Shown: positions 32,125-42,367 of the stretch, piece by piece | Layout: the number at the start of each line of letters is the position of its first letter | How positions within the stretch are numbered: position 1 is the first letter of the stretch | Source: Spirochaetaceae bacterium | Lineage (GTDB): Bacteria; Spirochaetota; Spirochaetia; DSM-2461 | Direction of reading: 5' to 3' | Assembly: GCA_965224705.1 (NCBI GenBank) | Contig: OZ245056.1 | Location: 2,880,001 to 2,944,000, forward strand | DNA length: 64,000 nucleotides | Program-made: the position numbers and the translations under genes | Notes under the pieces: model-generated | Database searches by the model: none | What the model saw: only the letters and a program-made list of their open reading frames with translations | Told to the model about the DNA's origin: nothing

Positions 32125-32376
32125 CCTTATATAGGTTTTCAGTGTAACTTCGCCGGGGTCGGAGTTCAAGAGGTATTGGATAAAAGAATCCCCTCCCGGG
32201 GAACGATGCTGCGGGAAAAGCCCTGCGTCCAGACGATCTCTGCAGCTTTTTAAGAGAATCTCATCCGAAAAGGGGTAGCTGACACGGGCCAGGCGGTTTA
32301 TAGAAAATCATAGCGCATGGAACCGGTTTCCCTGTAAGCCGATACCCCGACCGGACGGCCCCAATCATCGTAGATG
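32125..32376 (-). pseudogene. Multiply deleted Rhs core scraps fused to the module G immunity gene
   Basis: Matches core segments YDDWGRP, RVSYPFSDEI, DSFIQYLLNSDPGEVTLK. Confidence 0.75.
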
Positions 32377-32448
32377 TAATGGGACCACGGCTTTTCTCCC
32401 TGATTACGGGTGAAGATAGATATGGTAGCGCACCCGGTGTTGATTTGT

Positions 32449-33402
32449 TTAATGATATTCCATTATGCAGAGCAGCAGCCAATTGTCATCCGAGCGAGTT
32501 AAAAAGCTGTAGTGCGTTTCATCCACTTTTTGTGGGAAAAATAATTCTCTGGGGAAAGATTCAAGAGCTACAACCTTTTGTGTTCCGGCTTCAAGATCGA
32601 GCTCCACTACTTCGTATTCATTCTTTTGCCCACTCAGGTTTAGAAACCGTTGTCCGTCAATGTGAATGAAAGATCTAAGTCCAATTCCTTCTGATGCAAA
32701 TTCTACATTCGGGAATGCCTGCCCGGTTCGAGTTTCTGTATCAAAGATATAATATTGGTACTCACCTTCATTTCGGGTGCGGCAAAGTACCTGTAGTGGA
32801 TTTCCATACATGGCGTAAATCTGCATCGCTTCACCGAGTAAATCAATCCGCTCAATAAACTCCCGGATTTCCATATTGAAAACGAGAATATCCTTATCAT
32901 AAAATGGATGTATATATACAAACTTTTTTTCCGGGTTGTATGTATACCGATAAACGATTCCCCGCAACTCTGGGACTTCCTCCCATGCGTCGTCATCAAG
33001 ATGCAACAAGTAGTATAAGGGAACAGTGGTGTTTTCTTCTGGTCGGTGTTCACTTACAACGACATGAAGAACATTGGTGGTATGGTCATGATATAAGTTC
33101 CTGATATTCCTAATCCGTCTTTCATCCCATTCCGCCGGAGAGGAAATAGAGCGGGTTTCCTGTGTCCTCAGATTGTATACAGTAAAATTGATTCCCGGTT
33201 CCCGCATTGGCAGGATGATAGTGTCCTCTCCCATAAAAGCATATTCAACAGATGCCCCCGTTTGGGCTATCGGGAAGGCTATAATATTGTGCTCTTCCCG
33301 CAATTCTTTCCGAAGTTCTGCTTCCGACTGCCCTCCGGCAAACAGGAATGATGAGGCCATACTGGATAGGAATAGACTGAGACTAATTATTCTTGGATTC
33401 AT
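32449..33402 (-). CDS. Module H putative exported immunity protein
   Basis: Start MNPRIISL overlaps toxin end; signal peptide ending FLFAGGQSE; beta-rich. Confidence 0.7.
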   Translation of the reverse strand: MNPRIISLSLFLSSMASSFLFAGGQSEAELRKELREEHNIIAFPIAQTGASVEYAFMGEDTIILPMREPGINFTVYNLRTQETRSISSPAEWDERRIRNIRNLYHDHTTNVLHVVVSEHRPEENTTVPLYYLLHLDDDAWEEVPELRGIVYRYTYNPEKKFVYIHPFYDKDILVFNMEIREFIERIDLLGEAMQIYAMYGNPLQVLCRTRNEGEYQYYIFDTETRTGQAFPNVEFASEGIGLRSFIHIDGQRFLNLSGQKNEYEVVELDLEAGTQKVVALESFPRELFFPQKVDETHYSFLTRSDDNWLLLCIMEYH

Positions 33403-34265
33403 CAGTCTTTCCACTACCATCACCAATACCAAGGCCACTACCATCGCCACCACCACTTCCAATGCCCAATAGGGAGGAAAGAAAGGTAGTGATTTTCTCC
33501 GGTCCCACAGAGGGTGTACCTGAAGTATTGGTTCCTGTTGTTATGGATTTAGGTATCTTTTTGTTAAGAGCTTCATTGGTCTGATTCCACCATATCTCCT
33601 TACCTGGCGGGTTATATGATCTGACATCGGCTACACCGGTTTCTGATTTCCATCGGCGGCCTAAAGCATCGTAGGTGTAGGAGGGGGCGTTGGAGCCGCT
33701 TTCAAATCCGGCAAGGCCCACCGTGCCCCGGCGGCTCATCTGGACGCCTCTCATCTGGCTCCTCTGGATCAGCTGATTCTCCCGGACGCAGCGGCTTTCA
33801 ATCATCCCCCAGCCGTTCTGGATGCTCACGCGGTTTCCGGCCCTGTCGTACTGATAGTACTCACTCCACTGGCAGCCGCTAAAATGCACCCTTTGCGTTC
33901 CAGGCGGGGCGATCTCTTTCCAAACCGCCAGAACTTCGGCATCACCGCTGTTCTTCAGGGTGCGGAACTGATTCAAAGCCCCCTCTCCCGGTGAAAAATC
34001 GTAGGCGCTGCTTAAATCGGGGTCAAAAAGTTCAGGATAGACTTTTGATTTATCGCTGACCAGTTTCATGATATCGGCTTTCAGTGTAACTTCGCCGGGG
34101 TCGGAGGTCAAGAGGTATTAGATAAAAGAATCCTCCTCGCTGCGGGAAAAGCCGCGCTGCATTCAGGCTCTCTTTATCCTCTTCGTCACTAACGCTTAAA
34201 AGTTCACCCCTTTGCCCGTAGGTGTAGACCTTGCTGATTATCCCGTCCGCTAAAACATGGGTCTT
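33383..34265 (-). pseudogene. Module H: Rhs core scraps fused to tail of an unknown toxin tip
   Basis: YTYDALGRR joined directly to WKSETG...; DPxG region missing. Confidence 0.8.
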
Positions 34266-34324
34266 ATTGGAGATGTTCCGAATTCTACCGAGAGATTGTG
34301 GTGAACGATTCTTGAGGCAGCACG
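34266..34324 (+). repeat. rve-element terminus, copy 5
   Basis: attggagatgttccgaattctaccgagagattgtggtgaacgattcttgaggcagcacg. Confidence 0.85.
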
Positions 34325-34377
34325 GGAAAGACCAGAATAATTAGTTGAAAGTAGAATTATCATTTAGGTTAAAATAA

Positions 34378-34932
34378 TCACCAGCCTTTTATATTTAGGG
34401 ATTGATATTTGTCTTTTCGATAATTCAAAAAATATGAAATAGTCTTTTTTTCTTCCTTGCCGTTCTGAACAATACCCAGTTCTACTTGTAATGTAATCGG
34501 TTTTTTATTATCAACAAGAATAGACTTGTCACTAAACAAAGTTATACCTGCATATGGATACTTTATCTTCAAATCCCCCCGATAATTTTCCTTAAAGGGG
34601 ACTTTACTGTTCGGAGTGTCAGAGATTTCTCGTTTGGAACCATTTTCAAAATAAGTGAAATTATATTTATATACTTTCATGTATTCATAACCTTCACTGT
34701 TAGCGAATGCACCTAAATGACCAGAATAAGAATTAGTTTGTAAATCTCGAAAAAAGGGATGAATAATAGAACCGGAAACTATATAATTGTTATCAATAAA
34801 TTCATCAAACTTTAGCTCTTTGATAAAATCTTCTGTTTTTTCATTGTATATACTTTTATATTCACTTATACTACATCCTAACATTATCAAAATTGTTAGT
34901 GAAATTAGAACTAAATTTGATATCTTTTTCAT
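34378..34932 (-). CDS. Module I putative immunity lipoprotein
   Basis: MKKISNLVLISLTILIMLGC lipobox; very AT-rich. Confidence 0.75.
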   Translation of the reverse strand: MKKISNLVLISLTILIMLGCSISEYKSIYNEKTEDFIKELKFDEFIDNNYIVSGSIIHPFFRDLQTNSYSGHLGAFANSEGYEYMKVYKYNFTYFENGSKREISDTPNSKVPFKENYRGDLKIKYPYAGITLFSDKSILVDNKKPITLQVELGIVQNGKEEKKTISYFLNYRKDKYQSLNIKGW

Positions 34933-34946
34933 AAATAATCTCACTA

Positions 34947-35559
34947 TTATTTTCTATCAATTCCAAGTATATAACACGGGGCAACATCCATAACACCGTG
35001 ACCTACCATTGTGCCGCCAACTTTCAACCATTCCCCAGCATCGTACCACTTTTTTAGATTTGGAGCAACATTTATATAATTGTATGTACCATGATACTTG
35101 TCAGTTAAAATTTGACCAGTATCTCCATCATAAACAACCTCACGTCCGTCTAAATCATTAACCCATTTTTCATCTCTTGTTTCACCATTTTGATGAAAAG
35201 CACCCTTATACTCATGTCGCCATTCAGGCTGATTACCAATTTCATCTTTTGAAGAAAGATTTATATTATTTGCATCTCGGTTCTCAAAATTAAACTTTGT
35301 TAAGCCTGTGACAAGAGCATCCACTTTGCTTTTCACTTTATCCCAAAGACCAGGTTCGGAATTCGCAGGGGTTCCACCACCCAAAGTCCCCCCCGAGGCA
35401 CCATATAATTCCTCACTGCCGTCTGACGCGGCCCCATCCTCAGCCGCCAGCCCCCCGCAGGGATCCACATAATTCACCGGATCATTCCCCGTGTACACAT
35501 ACCAGTTCTGCCCATCCCGAATTAGGATCCACCGCAGTAAACCGCCCCAATTCAGGCCG
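34947..35559 (-). pseudogene. Module I: end of Rhs core plus toxin tip (GTYNY...H...DVAP type)
   Basis: RPELGRFTAVDP...NDPVNYVDPCGGL; tip FHQNG...KWV...GREVVYD...GTYNY...HGVMDVAP. Confidence 0.8.
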
Positions 35560-35817
35560 TGCTAAAGAAATCTTCCGTTCGTTGCTGGAAGACTCAATAC
35601 CCATAACTGATAGAGTACCATTCTTGAGTTTCGCCTTCCACCCGTGGATGGTTGCGACCGAAATCCCATACTCCTCCGACAACTCAGGTGCTGTCCTTTT
35701 CTCCGGACCAATCATCTGCTGCAGGATGGGGTGTTTCGAAACTGAGCGCTGTACCGTTGCATATTGTCACCTCCCAAGCTGATTCAGCTTGTCTGACAAC
35801 TACTTTGGCACAGCGCG
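35560..35817 (-). mobile_element. IS3-family left-end remnant
   Basis: Same end (gacaactactttggcacagcgcg) and orfA N-terminus (MQRYS...IGPEKR) as 15200-15323. Confidence 0.75.
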
Positions 35818-35862
35818 CCCTTCAAAAGAAGAGGGCTGACTGTGATAGGTATGTTTCTCGTT

Positions 35863-36261
35863 TCACCGCTCTGGCCAGAGCGTGTTAATAACATATTTAC
35901 AATTTTCTTTTAAATTAGGGAATTCAGTAATAAAAGTTGTTAAATCAATTTTTATTGTCTCATAATCATCTATTTTTTCTGAATAAATATCCTCTCGATA
36001 AAAATGGGTAAAATAGTACATAACATTATTTCCAGCTGATAAACTTTTCATATCATCTATAAAAACTGAAACTTGGTTATTATTACTTTTTCCCAAAATA
36101 TCAGTTGAGCAACCATTATAGATACAAAAATAAATAAATAACTTTTTCGCACTAAGAAATACACTTTGTGAAATTTTTGAACTATTCGCATCTTTGTAGC
36201 ACAAGTGAAGCGTGCTGATATTCATCTGTGTTGGAATACCAATTGTTATAAAATAACTCAT
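35863..36261 (-). CDS. Module J second putative immunity protein
   Basis: 132 aa AT-rich ORF abutting 36262. Confidence 0.55.
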   Translation of the reverse strand: MSYFITIGIPTQMNISTLHLCYKDANSSKISQSVFLSAKKLFIYFCIYNGCSTDILGKSNNNQVSVFIDDMKSLSAGNNVMYYFTHFYREDIYSEKIDDYETIKIDLTTFITEFPNLKENCKYVINTLWPER

Positions 36262-36489
36262 CTAAAAATATGATTTCCCATAAACTTTTGTAATAGCTTC
36301 GTTGCCCTGATTTACACCATACTCTTTAACTGAAATTTCCTCAATTCCAAGTATATTTAATCGTTCTTCTTTTGCTTTATCGAATGCCAAATTTATGACA
36401 TTTTGTTCATTCTCCGCTAATACTTCAATTGTAACTAAATACCTTCTATCTAAATCTTCACCTTCAAGCATTACATTAAAACGGTTCAT
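36262..36489 (-). CDS. Module J putative cytoplasmic immunity protein
   Basis: 75 aa acidic ORF 17 bp after toxin stop, AGGA RBS. Confidence 0.65.
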   Translation of the reverse strand: MNRFNVMLEGEDLDRRYLVTIEVLAENEQNVINLAFDKAKEERLNILGIEEISVKEYGVNQGNEAITKVYGKSYF

Positions 36490-36506
36490 TTAATTTGTCC
36501 TATCCT

Positions 36507-38340
36507 TTACCAAAAAGAGTGACCACCCTTTCTATTCTTTCCATAATAATGCGGCGAGTAACCTTCTCCATGCGGCAAGTTTCTAACGGCACCGCCTGAT
36601 GCCTCTCTTTGTAATTTTTTAGCCATCTTTTTAGACGAAGACACTACATCGCCACCATTTTTTAGTCTCTTAACAGCGTTTGTTTTTGATATCTGCTTTC
36701 CGACATCTAATCCACCTTCAACTCTATTTGCCACTCTAACAGCATCACTAACTTTATCAGCTGCTTTTACTCCATTTTTTACCCACTTCCCACCAGTAGC
36801 AAACTGACCAGCGATAGGTATCATAGCAGCAGCACTTAATCCTGCATCTACCCAATTACCACGTCCAAGCGAGATTAACGTATTAATTGCGTCAGGAATA
36901 ATACCAACAGCAGGAATTAAACCTGCTCCATCTAAGCCTGCCTGTAACCCATCGAGCCACGTAAATCCAGATTTATCCGAACCTCCCCCCGATGTACCAT
37001 ATAATTCCTCACTGCCGTCTGGCGCAGCCCCATCCTCAGCACTCAACCCCCAAAGATCAACATAATTGACCGGATCATTCCCCGTATACACATACCAATT
37101 CATCCCATCCCGAATCGGATCCACCGTCGTAAACCGTCCCAATTCAGGCCGGTAATCTCTGTAACCGTAGTTATACAGCCCCGTAAGCGGATCAAAAGGC
37201 TTCCCAACATACCCCCTCCGGTCGGTTTCAATGCTTGCTTCTAAAGGGGAGCCAAACACATCGTAATCGTATGAATCTTCCAGCTGACCCGAAACGGTAA
37301 AGGCCGTCTGGACCGTCCCATGGAAATCACCAGTGTAATAACTCTGATTCCCCCCGCCGTCTATCTCTGCCAAAGCACGGCTTCCGGCGATCAGAAAACT
37401 CCGGCTCCGGTGGCCGCTGACCGCCGGCCTCACATCCGGTTCGTAGCGACGGTAGCGGGTGGGGGCGGCGTTGTTAAGAGCATCCACCCGAAGATCATTT
37501 TCCAGCTGCATGGGGATGCTGCCGATTTGGGTGCGCTCTTCCATGGGATTCAAGCCGAAATCCCCGTAGCGGTAGAGGGTACGCTCTCCGGCCGATGTCG
37601 TGCGGCTCTGGCGGCGGCCTAAAGCATCGTAGGTGTAGGAGAGGGCGTTGGAGCCGCTTTCAAATCCGGCAAGGCCCACCGTGCCCCGGCGGCTCATCTG
37701 GACGCCGGTCATCCGATTGCGGGCGTTATAGCTGTAATCAGCCGTCGAGCGTTCCACCCGTTCCTGAATCAGATTGCCGTTTCCATCGTAGTCAAAATGC
37801 ATTTGGCCCCTCTGGATCAGCTGATTCTCCCGGACGCAGCGGCTTTCAATCATCCCCCAGCCGTTCTGGATGCTCACGCGGTTTCCGGCCCTGTCGTACT
37901 GATAGTACTCACTCCACTGGCAGCCGCTAAAATGCACCCTTTGCGTTCCAGGCGGGGCTATCTCTTTCCAAACCGCCAGAACTTCGGCATCACCGCTGTT
38001 TTTCAGGGTGCGGAACTGATTCAAAGCCCCCTCATCCGGTGAAAAATAGTAGGCGATGCTTAAAGCGGGGTCGAAAAGTTCAGGATAGACTTTTGATTTA
38101 TCGCTGACCAGCTTCATAATATCGGCTTTCAGTGTAACTTCGCCGGGGTCGGAGTTCAAGAGGTATTGGATAAAAGAATCCCCTCCGGGGGAACGCTGCT
38201 GCGGGAAAAGCCCTGCGTCCAGACGATCTCTGTAGCTTTTTAAGAGAATCTCATCCAAAAAGGGGTAGCTGACACGGGCCAGACGGTCCATATCGTCGTA
38301 CTCGAATTCCCGCACCTTGCCGTAGCAAAACATGGGTCTT
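36507..38340 (-). pseudogene. Module J: Rhs core fragment + PT-TG pre-toxin + basic His-containing tip
   Basis: NYVDLWGL; LDGAGLIPAVGIIPDAIN...RGNWVDAGLSAAAMIP..G; tip PHGEGYSPHYY...GHSFW. Confidence 0.85.
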
Positions 38341-38399
38341 ATTGGAGATGTCCCGAATTTTGCCGAGAGATTGTGGTGAACGATTTTTGAGGCAGCACG
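38341..38399 (+). repeat. rve-element terminus, copy 6
   Basis: attggagatgtcccgaattttgccgagagattgtggtgaacgatttttgaggcagcacg. Confidence 0.85.
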
Positions 38400-38447
38400 C
38401 GGGTGCTTTTTAAGAGGCTGGAATTTTCTGACGACATGGATTCACCT

Positions 38448-39218
38448 CTACCATCCACTCAAAAGAAGATAGCTAATACTGGTATCCTGCCACACCGTGC
38501 CAGGGTACACTTCCAGAATCTCCAATTTCACCGGGTAATCCGGGTTGATGGCTATGGGAAACGGGTGGGGAGAATTCGGTATCCCGACATCACTGGATTC
38601 CCCGTTCTGCCATACCCGGATCTTCTTTATACGGGAATTCTTCCTGTAGAGGGACGGATTTGAATAGGAGATGAACCCGTTCATAAAATGAATGCGTATA
38701 GATCCTGGTGCTGTTGTCTTAGGGAATTCAATCCATTCCCCAATGCCCGGCCCGGGTACTCCCTCCACCCACGGGTTCAGATCCAAATCTTCCAAATTGG
38801 ATGCCTTGTAGGCAACTGCAACTTCCGACAGAAAGGACGATGCATGAACAACTTCATAAGGAGTACTAAGAAACTCCAACTTCATGATTCCTGCGGATAT
38901 AGCCCTGTAGCAGAGTTCACCATCGGAATCGAACCAATACATGATGTCGTCGTTGAACAGAACAAGCTTGCGGTTTTCTACATCTCCATCAATGGTGAGA
39001 AAAGGAACTCCATGTTCATAATCCAATCGATACTCGCGACGGACGGCTACATCTTTATGTGAGGGAACTCTATCCCATGTGGTATACAGTAAATAATTAT
39101 CAAAAAATTCGTATTCCGACTCCCATTCACGATACACACGGCCATCCAGGCTTTGAGCGAAGACTGAGGCATTTAACAGAAACGACAGAATTACTAATGC
39201 AAAATTTCTTATTATTAT
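38448..39218 (-). CDS. Module K putative exported immunity protein with discoidin-like (NADase-type glycan-binding) domain; start codon reads ATA
   Basis: AAGGAG then ATA ATA ATA AGA (IIIRNFALVILSFLLNASVFAQ); ASSFL...PWVEGVPGPGIGEWI...NG...NSRIKKI. Confidence 0.65.
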   Translation of the reverse strand: MIIRNFALVILSFLLNASVFAQSLDGRVYREWESEYEFFDNYLLYTTWDRVPSHKDVAVRREYRLDYEHGVPFLTIDGDVENRKLVLFNDDIMYWFDSDGELCYRAISAGIMKLEFLSTPYEVVHASSFLSEVAVAYKASNLEDLDLNPWVEGVPGPGIGEWIEFPKTTAPGSIRIHFMNGFISYSNPSLYRKNSRIKKIRVWQNGESSDVGIPNSPHPFPIAINPDYPVKLEILEVYPGTVWQDTSISYLLLSGW

Positions 39219-39430
39219 TGATTCTCCTTCCCCGAAGCGATCGTTACCGGAATACTATCTCCAGGCTTGAACCCCAAGCCGTTCAGTTCATTTTTTCCTT
39301 TATCAAAGTACTCATCGGGAATTACCTGGCATTCGGCAACGATAGAGCCCAATAACGTAAATCGACCGGCACGGTGAATCAGATAGGCATCCATAGGGCC
39401 AACTGGTGTCTTTGGATTAATTAAGTGAAT
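39215..39430 (-). pseudogene. Module K toxin tail, cut by IS
   Basis: Manual translation IHLINPKTPVGPMDAYLIHRAGRFTLLGSIVAECQVIP...GFKPGDSIPVTIASGKENQ*. Confidence 0.5.
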
Positions 39431-40236
39431 GGCATCGGGAAATCTCTGTCCTTAAGAAGGGAGAGGAGCAGTCCAAAGAGCTTACTGAGATAGAGAAACA
39501 GGTGGACCGGAGCAGCAAAGAATCTCTTGCGGCACTTAATAAGGAGGCGGCCTGGGGTGGAAAGAAGAACTCATCGGGAAATACTTACTATTGGAAGGGA
39601 GGTAAGCTGCATCTTGATGTTACCGACAGCGGACTGCCGGTAACCGTACTCTATACAGGGGCGGATGTTCACGATTCGCAGCTTGCGATTCCGATGGAGC
39701 AGATCACCTTTTCAAAAATAAAGTACTGTTACACGGTGATGGATTCAGCCTATAACTCTTGCGTAATAGAAGAAATTATCAAGAGTCAGGGACACGTGCC
39801 GATCATAGACCAAAAAAACCCAAAGGATGGGTAAAGATTCCTCTTGATCCTGCGAAGAAGGAACGTTACAAAATACGTTCCTCGGCGGAGCGGGCCAACT
39901 CCCATCTGAAGGATTCGTTTTTTCCCAAGCAGCTTTGCGTCAGAGGGAATGAGAAGGTGTTTTTTCAGTTAATGTGTGGAGTTCTTTGTCTTACCGCACA
40001 AAAGATACTTCAATATTTCATTCTTCCAGCTCTGAACAAAGAAGCGGCATAGAAGGAATGGGCCGAGATTCCTGTTTTTGGGGAGAAGTATGCCCGAAAC
40101 ATAGAAAAATGGCTTTTTTCATGTAAAAGGCCTGGCAAAAGCTTCATTTTCAATGAGAATTTGGTCGCAGTAGCATCAGAAGTAGCAACACTCCTCCGCT
40201 GACTGATATTTTCATGGAGAGTTTTTGAATTAGCTC
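39431..40236 (+). mobile_element. 3' remnant of the IS5/IS1182-like element
   Basis: AWGGKKNS...KLHLDVTD...VHDSQLAIP...MDSAY...RSSAERANSHLK; same right IR as 31702-31719. Confidence 0.75.
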
Positions 40237-40263
40237 AGAAGCTATGGATTTAGGGGTTAGCTA

Positions 40264-40280
40264 ATTTTTGGGGTAGCACG
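40264..40280 (+). repeat. Terminal fragment of rve-element end, copy 7
   Basis: atttttggggtagcacg, 2 bp past the stop codon of 40283-40639. Confidence 0.7.
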
Positions 40281-40282
40281 GC

Positions 40283-40639
40283 TCATATAATTATAAACAC
40301 AAGGAAGCGCAAAAGTATAATGATATAATAAACAATCTCCCAAGCTATCAGTAAGATTTTCGTCACCTGCTTTTTTTTCCAAGTATACAGGGCAACAAAA
40401 AAAAACTGTAAAAACACCCTCACACCCTCACGTATCCAGTCATCGACCATATAGCCATCATCAAATGGAGTGAGATAAGGGTAGTAGGTTGGATAAGTGA
40501 AAAAAAGCTGGGTGTAGAGTTCTATAATTTCGGGATCGAAATCAATAATCCATTCATAAGTAAGAAGCAGGAAAATTAAAAGAAGCGGAGCCTCTAAGAG
40601 AAGAAGGGTTCTAAAATACCTTAGCAGAAATCTCTTCAT
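40283..40639 (-). CDS. Module L putative membrane immunity protein
   Basis: MKRFLLRY start 1 bp after toxin stop, GGGAG RBS, three hydrophobic segments. Confidence 0.7.
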   Translation of the reverse strand: MKRFLLRYFRTLLLLEAPLLLIFLLLTYEWIIDFDPEIIELYTQLFFTYPTYYPYLTPFDDGYMVDDWIREGVRVFLQFFFVALYTWKKKQVTKILLIAWEIVYYIIILLRFLVFIII

Positions 40640-40640
40640 A

Positions 40641-41437
40641 TCAGAACTCCCTATAGTCGCTATCCTCATTATGGGGATTTATGTCATACTTCTTGTGCGT
40701 TTTGTAAGAATCCCCATAATCATAAGTCCCTTGAAACTCGCCGGTAACACGTTCTTTAGTTTCATTGTCAAAACATATCTGCATGCCTTCGGTCGGAGTG
40801 CCTTTCTTCCCTCTAAATCCTATAGTGCTATCATTATCATGGTGGTTAATTTTGATACCTAATTTTTTGAGGAAGTTTAACACAGTCTTTGGTTGAGCAT
40901 CTGTTGTCCTATCCGCAATGTCTCTTTCCCATAACCCGCCTTGTTCATCCTGGTATTCTTCTTCGCTGGGAATCTGATATGTCATTCCTGCAACAGTGTA
41001 TTTCTGCATCACTGGAGTCAGCATATCCGTTGTTGCGTCCTTTTGGAAATAATTTCTGTCTTTGTGGACATCAAATCCGGGGATTCCTCCTGCAAATGCA
41101 TCATCTATTGGCGTCCTATGGACTGTGCCATTCTTCGGCATCCAATAGAATGCTTTCTCATCTCTGCTATAGCTTAAATTGATCCCACTTAAATACTCTT
41201 CTTTTGTAGCATCCTCAGTAACCAGTCCCCAAAGATCCACATAATTCACCGGATCATTCCCCGTATACACATACCAATTCATCCCATCCCGAATCGGGTC
41301 AACCGTCGTAACCCCCCCAATTCAGGCCGGTAATCTCTGTAACCGTAGTTATACAGCCCCGTAAGCGGATCAAAAGGCTTCCCAACATACCCCCTCCGGT
41401 CGATTTCAATGCTTGCTGCTAAAGGGGAGCCAAACAC
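40641..41437 (-). pseudogene. Module L: end of Rhs core plus toxin tip (GTYDY...H...DINP type)
   Basis: GYVGKPFDP...NYVDLWGL; tip HHDNDSTIGFRG...GMQICFD...GTYDY...HKKYDINP. Confidence 0.8.
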
Positions 41438-41466
41438 AGTTAACAGGGTCATTATTTGGGTGTTTT

Positions 41467-41838
41467 TTATTTTCCATGAATATAGCCAATTATTCTTCCA
41501 TCTGATTTTGATATCTTAATATGTGGTACTCCACCACCCCAATAGCCACTTTCTATAGTATGTGGGAATGTCCCTTTGATATACCAGACAGTTCCATTAT
41601 CTGTCAACGCTGCAATAAATGGCCTTTTCTCCAGAACTTCCTCTCCATAGACATTGACTAGTATTGCCTCTGCTATTTTGATTGCGACTTCTTCATTTGG
41701 GACGAAACCTTCTTTTTTCCATATAACTAGTCTAGCACCGATATCAGGATCTTCTTCTTCACTTTTTTTAAAATCTTGTGATGAAGCCATTGAAACAATT
41801 AGAAATAAATAAATTGAAAACGACCATATTTTCTTCAT
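41467..41838 (-). CDS. Module M orphan NTF2-fold immunity protein, near-identical copy of 31731-32102
   Basis: Three aa differences (N/S, K/E, terminal E/K); same fused Rhs scrap upstream (41860-41929). Confidence 0.8.
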   Translation of the reverse strand: MKKIWSFSIYLFLIVSMASSQDFKKSEEEDPDIGARLVIWKKEGFVPNEEVAIKIAEAILVNVYGEEVLEKRPFIAALTDNGTVWYIKGTFPHTIESGYWGGGVPHIKISKSDGRIIGYIHGK

Positions 41839-42367
41839 GTTTACCTCAATCAATTATTTTCCTTATATCAGCTTTTAGTGTAACCTCACCGGGGTCGGAG
41901 GTCAACAGGTATTGTGGATAAAAGAATCGAGATATAATCAAAAGTTGTGGATAGGATGGGGGAAAAAGGGCAAATCCTCTTGTAGAATAAATGCTAATCA
42001 ACCAATACAAGAAGCAGATGCCTATGGGTAAAGAGACTATCACAGAAATGACTTCCCATGAAGAGTGCGAAAGCTGGTCCATATTGAAAAAGGTTCTACG
42101 GGGAGGTGCACGGAGAATGTTGAAACAGGCGCTGGAGGAAGAACTTGCCCTCTCAAAAAGTGGGGGTTGATGCCTCTTCTGAACCCTGAAAAGTGTTACC
42201 TATGTCCTGAACCCGTACCGAGCAGTTTATTCATCATGCCCTCCTAAATGACGAAAACATCTCCGTGAATAGAATTACCTGATTGCCTGGGTTAAATCCA
42301 GGACATCGGGGAAAAAGGGGGGGGTGGCAGGGACATATCTGAGACAGATGGCGGGCCTGGTTCTTCC

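Noticed and set aside
8007..40280. The about 60-bp repeat as an integron attC site or CRISPR repeat
   Set aside because: No RYYYAAC/GTTRRRY boxes or palindrome, no tyrosine integrase or cas genes, kb-scale irregular spacing; it is contiguous with an rve gene end.
42060..42220. IS256-like N-terminal scrap (VLRGGARRMLKQALEEEL) and IS481-like end (aagtgttacctatgtcctgaacc)
   Set aside because: Too short to delimit or assign with confidence.
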